This document shows positions 11,765 to 18,935 of a stretch of DNA of 18,935 nt, in pieces (positions within the stretch are counted from its first letter, which is position 1; each line of letters begins with the position of its first letter). The notes under the pieces are model-generated. The model had not been told where the DNA came from. It did not search any database and saw nothing but the letters and a program-made list of their open reading frames with translations. The translations under genes were made by a program, and so were the position numbers. This DNA comes from Bugula neritina (lineage: Eukaryota; Animalia; Bryozoa), in assembly GCA_964035545.1 (NCBI GenBank), contig CAXIUT010000084.1, forward strand, positions 1 through 18,935, given 5' to 3'.

Positions 11765-13143
11765 TCAATCAAAATCAGCAGCCAATGTGGACACATTAAT
11801 TCCAGTTATGTCTTTCTAATTTTAATATTTAAGCCTTATTTTACATTGTTCTATCTTATTCATTCTTATCTTTCTTAACCTACCGTTGATCTAATCCATT
11901 TTAGGATTTTTCCTCTAAAGCAACTTGATCGGATATAATTTGTAGTTTTACTTGTTCTACATGTCTAGATTCATATGTTTTATTTTCTTTTATGAAAACT
12001 AGTCAAAAATCTAGTTATAGTAATTTGAAAAATGCTTCTTTATTACTAAATTTCTTGCCTTTGTACTATTCATATTCTCCATACTTCTGTGAATATGTCT
12101 CTTCCTAGTTACCAATCCTCTTGCTCCTGTCTACTGCTATGTTTTCTGTTTAGAAGGAGACCACTCCGTGACCTGCGCAGATCTAATTCTCTGATTAGGA
12201 GTGGCTGTTGCTGTGTTCTGTTATGTTTGAAGATGAATTGTACGACTTATTTATTTCACTTTTCCTGCTGTCTATGATAGTTTAGGGAAATATGCTAGCA
12301 AATCTTAGGTTTTGATAAAGTAACAATATATTTTTTAACTCACCACTCTAGCTGACTAGTTGTTTTCTTTATAAAAACCTAATAAAGCTTTACCATTGAT
12401 GATATAATTTTGATATTTTTATGTTTTTGATGTCAATTCTACAGATCCTTTCTACCTAAATATAAAAATACCTTTAAAAAGAAAGTACACTATGATTGAA
12501 GACATTTGTTGTAAAGTAATTGTCCAAAATTAAGTTACAAATATTTGAATTTACCAATTTTTTATACCAACTGAATTCTCTAAACCCCTCTTACTTTCCC
12601 TAACTCCCCAATCATTTTATTTTTTTCCTGATCAACTTCTCTAATTTTTACAACCAATGAATTTTTCAATTCCTATATTTTCAAATACATAACTATGGTG
12701 GGTTTATTACTGCTACAGTAATAAACATTTTGTATATATTTGCTACTAATTCCCTGATTTTCATAATTATCATATTCCTAAATATTAAACATAGTATTAT
12801 CTTTATTTTATTCATGTTTGTTAACGACCTTCATTACAGATAACATATTTTTTTGTTTATATTTCAACTATTTCTATGACTTCCCTCCACAAGCTTGCTT
12901 CACTACCACCCCTCTATCCAAAAATAAATATAAACTCCCGCTCTACAAGACCAATGGCTCTCGCTTGGCCATTGACTAATATTTAATAAATTTTACTATC
13001 TCTTTAATATTTTTCTAAGATGATATTAATGATACCTCAGAGAGATGTTTAAATAGCTACTGAAGATATGTAAATTTAAGCATGATTTCATGTAACATAG
13101 GATACTACTGTCTTTCAATACATTCTCTATAGATTTAATGCAT
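11765..13143 (-). CDS. Protein with two degenerate cyclic-nucleotide-binding (cNMP)-like domains and a low-complexity tail (~445 aa); introns 13015-13035, 12452-12471
   Basis: LFKHLSE|KNIKEIVKFIKYE...SLYLFLDRGVVV and ELNFGQLLY...TFFLK|KGSVEL...ESARVVSEKIYCYFIKTEDL resemble CNBD elements; open to TGA 11765-11767. Confidence 0.65.
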
Positions 13144-13258
13144 TAGTCTATTATTCTAAAATCAGAATAATTTCGATTCTATATCCAATACAAATATAGT
13201 TCAATATCAAGCAACTATCAATATTATATCAATTAAATTATAAAAAAAGAAGTAATCA

Positions 13259-14463
13259 TCATAACCACTTTCCATACAAATCCTGAATCAACTTGTCATA
13301 GTGCTCAAAACGACTATATTACATCAACTTAAATGTTGAATTATTTACTGTTCGCACATCCTACACCTACAACAAACTCATCAAGTATCTCTACAGCTTA
13401 GGCAACTGATCATCATCTTTACCCTTTATATAGTTCAATATCGGTATACCATTTGACAACTGCATCATGTACGAATGAGGACTGTTATCCACCAACACTA
13501 TCCCATCCAAACGACGCCCAACCACCCTCAAGTCCTTCACAAAAAGCTGATTGTTCACCATCGTACATGAATCCCTGTACAACCTGTGCTGACAAACCCG
13601 ATCAGGATCCACATGGTCAAGAATAGGATCAGCATAGCATTGATTTCCAGCAGTAAAGATAATAACATCGAAATATCTACTCAGATTTTTGAGGATCTAC
13701 TTGGCATAAGGTCGAACATTGACATACCCACTGACAACTTTACCATTCATTGACTTGAATGGCACCTTTATCTAGTATCCTTTTGTCATAATGTCGCTGG
13801 TATGAATTAGAGTCTAGTCCATGTCAAAAACGATTGTCTTTCTTCCTGAATTATAAAATAAAATACCTTATCTTTCTGGAGGTATTTTCGGATCAGCTGG
13901 TCGGTTTTTAATGAACTGAACCGATCTGAGATACTGCTTGAATGTAAGAATTGAGTTATGGATGTGCATGCAGGTTTAAGTAGTGATAGAGGTTTTTCTT
14001 TTAAGGCACTAGACGAAATAAGGCACTAAAGATTATCCTTCTTCCATAAACTATTTTAAGTTTAAGGTCGATTTTTTTATCAAAGCTGATTTAGTTTTTT
14101 AAAACTGACTCATAGTTCCATTCTGCTGATTGACTCCATTTTCTTTATCTTCTTCAGTTTAGCCTCTCAGATTTTTAAGTTTCAAGTTGAAATGCATCAA
14201 TCTCGATTCAATATTGGTGGCCATTGAAGGAGCTTTATAGGTAGTATAACCTGTTTTCTTCTTTCCCAAATTGTCTTCTGAATCTGAATTGCTAAATAAC
14301 TTTAATTGTACGCTAACGATTTGTTAAAAACCCTTTCCTTTAGCATTCCAATAGATTGATAGCCTGAGAAGAGGTTGCCAGCGCTTTGACGATGTGGATA
14401 GTTACGATTTTCATAGACCAATTCCCGCGAATAATTTCTTCTTTTTTGTAAACCTCCAATCAT
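13259..14463 (-). CDS. NLI-interacting factor / FCP1-SCP (CTDSP/Dullard-like) HAD phosphatase (~387 aa); introns 14292-14311, 13846-13866
   Basis: KTIVFDMDETLIH (DxDxT), VRPYAKEIL, IIFTAG, YADPILD, HRLYRDSC, KDLRVVGR, VLVDNSP, NGIPI; TGA 13259-13261. Confidence 0.93.
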
Positions 14464-14619
14464 CTAATTATATAATCAAAAAACATCCCAAAGTATATCA
14501 ACCACTTCATAAAACTAGTTAACCAACAGATATATCTCTATTAACACAGTCAATAGCCTCAAGCATAAATAATTAATATTTTTTTCTTGCTAATTTATTT
14601 ATTTATTTATTATAATGTA

Positions 14620-14706
14620 GGGGTTGGGGTTGGGGTTGGGGTTGGGGTTGGGGTTGGGGTTGGGGTTGGGGTTGGGGTTGGGGTTGGGGTTGGGGTTGGG
14701 GTTGGG
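14620..14706 (+). repeat. Right telomere of the first chromosome, (GGGGTT)14GGG, lying internally in the window
   Basis: Perfect 87-nt array in right-end orientation, preceded by AT-rich subtelomere; mirror image of 1-87. Confidence 0.97.
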
Positions 14707-15165
14707 AACAATACAAATAGTCTTTCAAGGCATATCATAAAGCAATCCTACATCTAGCAGGTATCGTAGACAAATCATCCTCTGTAGCCATGTACTCTAA
14801 AAATGTAGTCAACTAGCAACTGTCAAACCAATGTAACTAACTCAAATTTTCTATCTACCTAAATATGGCACAAATATATCTCTTTCAGTAAAAATACGAC
14901 CGAGGACTTGAAGTGTATTTACTATGATATGCAGTTTAGTTAAAGCACAAATAATAAAAAAAGAATTCGAAATTGTATTATAGAAGAGCCCAATGCCTCA
15001 TGCATTTGTCTGAATTCGATAAAGCAAGATCTGACATTACAGCTATGACTGACCTCGATGTCTCCCTATAAAGATAGGCAAAAAAAAATGTTAGCCCAAA
15101 TGGCAATCCTAGAAAAAGAACAAAACAACAAATCAAAAGCTATGTTCCAAAAGATTTTCAAATGA
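14707..15165 (+). CDS. 5'-truncated TPR protein (TTC9/FKBP-type TPR); probable 20-nt intron 14915-14934; two apparent +1 homopolymer indels (A-runs 14956-14962, 15080-15088)
   Basis: QYKESFKAYHKAILHLAGI...IYLNMAQIYLFQEKYDRGLE...NSKLYYRRAQCLMHLSEFDKARSD...EKEQNNKSKAMFQKIFK*; no start codon, begins at the telomere junction. Confidence 0.75.
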
Positions 15166-15188
15166 TCAACATAATAAGGCTATCATAA

Positions 15189-15836
15189 TCATCCTTCAGA
15201 TATCTCAGATATCTAAAAATTCTTATCCACTTCTTCACTTACATCTCCAGCCATCTATCCTTCATTAGCCTATTCTGCTTAGGCTTCAAGCTCACTCTTC
15301 TTTATCTGAACCTTTCCTCGTAACTTCGATCTTGATTTCTTTCCTTCCTTTCCTTTCTTCTCCTTCTCAAACACGTCCTTAAGGTTTACTTCAGGAGTAT
15401 CCACTTCTACACTCATTTCTTTGAAATCTTAAGGATATGAGCCACTGGTAGGTAATGTGTCTCGACAAGAACCTATATCACCATCAATATATGTCTTTTA
15501 ACTTTATAGGACACCAAGAGTTGATTTACTTGAGGGTTGTTGTTCTTCACCACTAACTTTTTATCCCTCGCTCTTTTGCTTTCTTTTTAATTTCAACAGA
15601 AGTCCTCTTACTCTTACAAAGGCTGCAACTATAAAACCTCTGATGGCTAAGAGATAGAGATAACCTTGTCGACGATCATAGTAAATAAAAATCAAGATGG
15701 CCACGACAAGTAGACCAAGAGCTATATAATATACCATATTTGAAGTTGTATTTATCTATTATTTCGATAGTTAGTTCGATTCTGCTTGTGCCAAAATGAC
15801 CAGAAGTGCTTGTAGAATCCAAGTAGCTTTAAACAT
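15189..15836 (-). CDS. Hypothetical membrane protein (~215 aa): signal peptide, very short ectodomain, TM helix, acidic/charged tail
   Basis: MFKATWILQALLVILAQA, TM MVYYIALGLLVVAILIFIYY followed by DRR, E/K-rich tail; ATG-to-TGA frame intact. Confidence 0.7.
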
Positions 15837-15992
15837 AAATAATTAGCTTTTGATTTAAAAAATATCAATTATCATTCAATATCAATCAATTTATTTTATC
15901 CTAACTATCTTCAATAAGAGTTTTATTTGATTTTCAGATTAAATGATGATATTATAAAATATTGCAGTAAAACAAATATAATAGTAATGAGT

Positions 15993-17016
15993 TCATTCTT
16001 TTCTTTAAAAACTGTGTTTCATAAACTGTATCAAACTTCCAACATTAGTACCTCCTTTAAAAAAACTACTAACACTCATTTACAGTCTTTTCTCTGAGTA
16101 TTTCATTACTCTTTTATCCCTTTATCTTCATCAACCGATATATTTTTCTAGCCATCATTCTCCAACACTTGCTATGATCGATTCTTTCCTACTTTTATAA
16201 AACTAGTCCTTCATCTTCTTAGAATTCTTCAATTTAGTCCAACTATTATTCTATTTTGTTTTTTATTTTTTGTTATTCTTTTTAGATTCTTGAAATGAGA
16301 GCCAGCTGCATCATCCAAAAGGTACATCATAGATATTTTTTTGTTTTCCAAGGTTGATAATAGTCGTTATACCGGATACGATATAACGATTAAGCATATC
16401 TCTAGAAGTGATTCTTTGCATCCTTTAATAAAGATTTTAAAAGTCTCTAATACAATTCCTTCCGTTCTAGATCTTATTTATCATAGATACGATTCTCCCT
16501 TCAAGAAGATCATAACATTTGCGATAAGGAATAGACATTATTTATCTACGATTCATCTTGCGATACGATTTACGAACCTCTCCATACACGTTCTAATCTC
16601 TTCTTCACATCTTTTTCAAAAGAGACCGGCTCGCAACTAACTATGTTCTTTTTAGTTGATAATTGCTATGATAGGTTGCTCAGGTTGTCCTCAGGTGTTA
16701 TCGATTCAGGTTGGTTGTAAAGTTATTTACTGATTGTTTTCGAAAGTTGAATAGAACTACGAGTCACTCTCTTCCCACTCTGCTCTGCTGTTACATTGTA
16801 CTCATTGTTATTATTCGACTGAGATGTACTCTGTTTCTAGTTTTTTGGAGTTATTTCCTCGAGATGCTCCTTGAGTTAATTATTGTTTTAGTTTGACTAC
16901 AGCTCCAAAGATATTAAAGGCACTTTTGGACTAGTATGAGGTAAGTCAGGGATAGATAAACAAGGTCCTGAACTACGTAGAGGCATTCTTTCTGCCCTCC
17001 TCAACTCCTTTGTCAT
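15993..17016 (-). CDS. Hypothetical protein with low-complexity N-terminus and helical C-terminus; 20-nt intron 16306-16325; frame breaks near 16560-16620 and possibly 16118-16120
   Basis: ATG at 17016, long protein-like frames on either side of the breaks, typical intron GTACC..ATGCAG; exact structure and stop unresolved. Confidence 0.5.
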
Positions 17017-17177
17017 CGATTATTATATTAATATCAGTGATAACTACAGCCTTTATTTTATCTATGAAACCACCATCACTCAAACAATATTAAAAAAGGA
17101 TAAAATTAGCATAAATGGTCTTAGTTAAAAATGTTTTTCCTTCCTTTTTAAAATATAATATAAATATTATAAAATAA

Positions 17178-18306
17178 ATGATGTTTTAATAGCAATAGTC
17201 GTATAGCTACCACCTCTCTGCCATCTAGATAATCTACAGTCTAACTTTGAACTATGATAGCAGTTGTTTGTGTTTATCAACTAATCGAGGTTTTAAAATA
17301 TACTCAACTGATCCTTTAAAGCTAAAACAAACGAGAGATCTAGGAGTTCCTCTTCAATTTGTTGAATTATATGAAAATAGCAATATAATAGCCATAGTGG
17401 GATTCGATCATTCTCCTTTCACTGCATAAAATATCGCTCTCTTTGATGATAGTACTCGAATTATTAACAGATCATAACAGAATCATCGCTAATATACAAC
17501 TATAAAAATCAATACTATCAGCCAAAATAAGAATAGATAAACTTGTAATAGCAATCACCAATTAAATATTCATCTACAACTTCTATACTCTAGAACTACT
17601 CAACATCCTACCAACAATGGCCTATCCTCTCGATGAACCATACCATCTCTTGACTCTCTCTAACAACCCATCAAACATGATCCTCGTCTGCCCAGCTCAA
17701 AACATAGGCTACATAAAGATCATATCCTTTTCATAGAAGAGTCAACTTGAAGTAAAAGCTCATCGTTCACGTTGATATTTATCTATATAGAATTGGCCTT
17801 TATAACTATTTCCAATGATGGCTCTAAAATAGCTACAACCAATGAACAAGGTATCAATATTAAGATCTTTGATAGTTTTGATGGTAAATTGATACAAATG
17901 GTTCGTCGAGGGAATTAAATATGCACAAATATATTCGCTTAATTTTAATTACTAAGGGAAATGGTTGGTTTGCAGCAGCGATTCTAATCTTGTCCATATA
18001 TTTGCTATAAAAAATACCAAACAAAAAGAAGAACATTATAAATAGTAGAAGTAATATGTAAATCCAAGATCGAGATTGAGTTTTTTAAGAAAAATAATAC
18101 CATATTTTGATGGCTAGTATAGTTACTGTTCATATTAGATGCCTGATTTCGAGCCAGATCTATAAAGTATATCATTTATCACCCCTCATAAAAATAATCT
18201 CATGGTTATCAATGATTATGGTGCTCTTAAGAAGATTGTAGTCAATTTATCAGGTGGAATTTGTAATTAAATAATATAAACTAATGAGCTATTGACCTTG
18301 AAATGA
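17178..18306 (+). CDS. ATG18: ATG18/WIPI (PROPPIN) WD40 beta-propeller (~362 aa); introns 17452-17470, 17771-17790; one apparent extra G at 17910-17912
   Basis: NYDSSCLCLSTNRGFKIYSTDPL, ALFDD, KAHRSQLAFITISNDGSKIATT, VRRG, AQIYSLNF, CSSDSNLVHIF, PYFDGEYS; TGA 18304-18306. Confidence 0.88.
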
Positions 18307-18467
18307 TCTATTATAATGATTATTTAGTTTAATATTTATATTTTATTGATTTTGCTATTTAGTAATTATCTGATAAAGTTGTTTATAATTGATTAGTTGA
18401 TATTCCTTCATATAAAAAATAAACACTATTTTTAACAACAATATTTATTTATATTATTATTAATAAA

Positions 18468-18751
18468 ATGTAGTATTACCTCTAGAAAATAATAGAATAA
18501 AATCCAAAATAACCAACCAATTATCCGAAATCCACTTTTAAAAACCTTCCAAATAAACAAATATAATACAACTTCCATTCTAGAGTTACAACATCATGAT
18601 ATGCATGCAAGTAAATAATCATAAAACTACCCTATGGACTGTAGATCTGTCCGATCTCAAAGAAATATATATGACCATGCTGCTCTAAATCAATCAAAAT
18701 TTTGACTACCACTTGTTGCAAGACATCATTTAACTACTCTCAACTAAATGA
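18468..18751 (+). CDS. Possible small hypothetical protein (~95 aa), needs one frame correction near 18500
   Basis: Locally less AT-rich than the flanks; MEYYLEKIIEE followed, in another frame, by a protein-like run ending ...YHLLQDIIELLSTK-TGA. No recognisable motif. Confidence 0.3.
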
Positions 18752-18859
18752 TCCATTCCTTTACTATCTTATCATCTATTTTATTATTTATCTTATTAAT
18801 AAATATAATCATTATTTATTATTTTATTTTCATTCAATTTCTAACTTTATAAAGGACAA

Positions 18860-18935
18860 GGGGTTGGGGTTGGGGGTTGGGGTTGGGGTTGGGGTTGGGG
18901 TTGGGGTTGGGGTTGGGGTTGGGGTTGGGGTTGGG
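18860..18935 (+). repeat. Right telomere of the second fragment, 12 GGGGTT units + GGG (one unit has 5 G)
   Basis: Terminal T2G4 array; single G5 unit at 18872-18876. Confidence 0.97.

Noticed and set aside
4950-13816. Alternative codes UAR=Gln (table 6) or UAA=Lys/UAG=Glu
   Set aside because: TAG fills the DxDET glutamate and TAA fills the TYE, EAE and VEEI glutamates.
14490-14619. Possible chromosome-breakage motif near ends (TAACCAAC at ~14520 and ~18510; TTGAA near two ends)
   Set aside because: Distances to the telomeres are inconsistent, there are only three ends to compare, and such motifs are expected by chance in AT-rich DNA.
14620-14706. Telomere-bearing transposon end, or CRISPR-like array
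   Set aside because: Pure hexamer repeat with no spacers, no terminal inverted repeats and no transposase or reverse transcriptase ORF nearby.
251-16896. Most ORFs in the supplied track (e.g. 251-439, 2184-2444, 2560-2802, 2808-3026, 3724-4023, 3872-4225, 3942-4127, 5532-5753, 7222-7422, 10721-11059, 11169-11351, 12089-12277, 16341-16640, 16711-16896)
   Set aside because: Computed with TAA/TAG as stops; they are antisense or off-frame shadows of real genes. Only 1376, 5508, 7331, 13391, 17247, the start of 6811 and the last residues of 2132 are true fragments.
15070-17920. Euplotes-style programmed +1 frameshifting
   Set aside because: No shared slippery-plus-stop motif, TAR are sense codons here, and the same homopolymer expansion occurs in the telomere; sequencing error is simpler.
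1-18935. tRNA, rRNA or snRNA genes
   Set aside because: None recognised by eye; nearly all sequence is accounted for by protein-coding genes. A covariance-model scan would be needed to exclude small RNAs.

Overview
Ciliate macronuclear DNA, not prokaryotic. The telomeres are (C4A2)n. Both TAA and TAG fall at conserved glutamate positions and TGA is the only stop, which matches the peritrich-type nuclear code (NCBI table 30). The supplied standard-code ORF track is therefore mostly fragments or antisense noise. Bases 1-14706 form a complete telomere-to-telomere ~14.7-kb minichromosome with 10 intact, tightly packed genes: a PX-domain sorting nexin, a giant HIBCH/mS47-like protein, a small mitochondrial membrane protein, tectonic, a PGPGxY-repeat protein, a C2H2 zinc finger, a calcineurin-B-like EF-hand protein, a COQ11-like SDR, a degenerate cNMP-binding protein and an FCP1/SCP phosphatase. 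Its right telomere is joined directly to a second, 5'-broken, indel-rich chromosome fragment (14707-18935) carrying a partial TPR gene, a membrane orphan, another orphan and an ATG18/WIPI-like gene; this join is probably a ligation or assembly chimera. The most striking feature is the splicing system: 23 inferred introns, all 19-22 nt (16 exactly 20 nt), 19 of them with an A exactly 6 nt from the 3' end, and one GC-AG intron. Also notable are two divergent genes whose ATGs are only 21 bp apart. All gene models are manual translations and were not database-checked.
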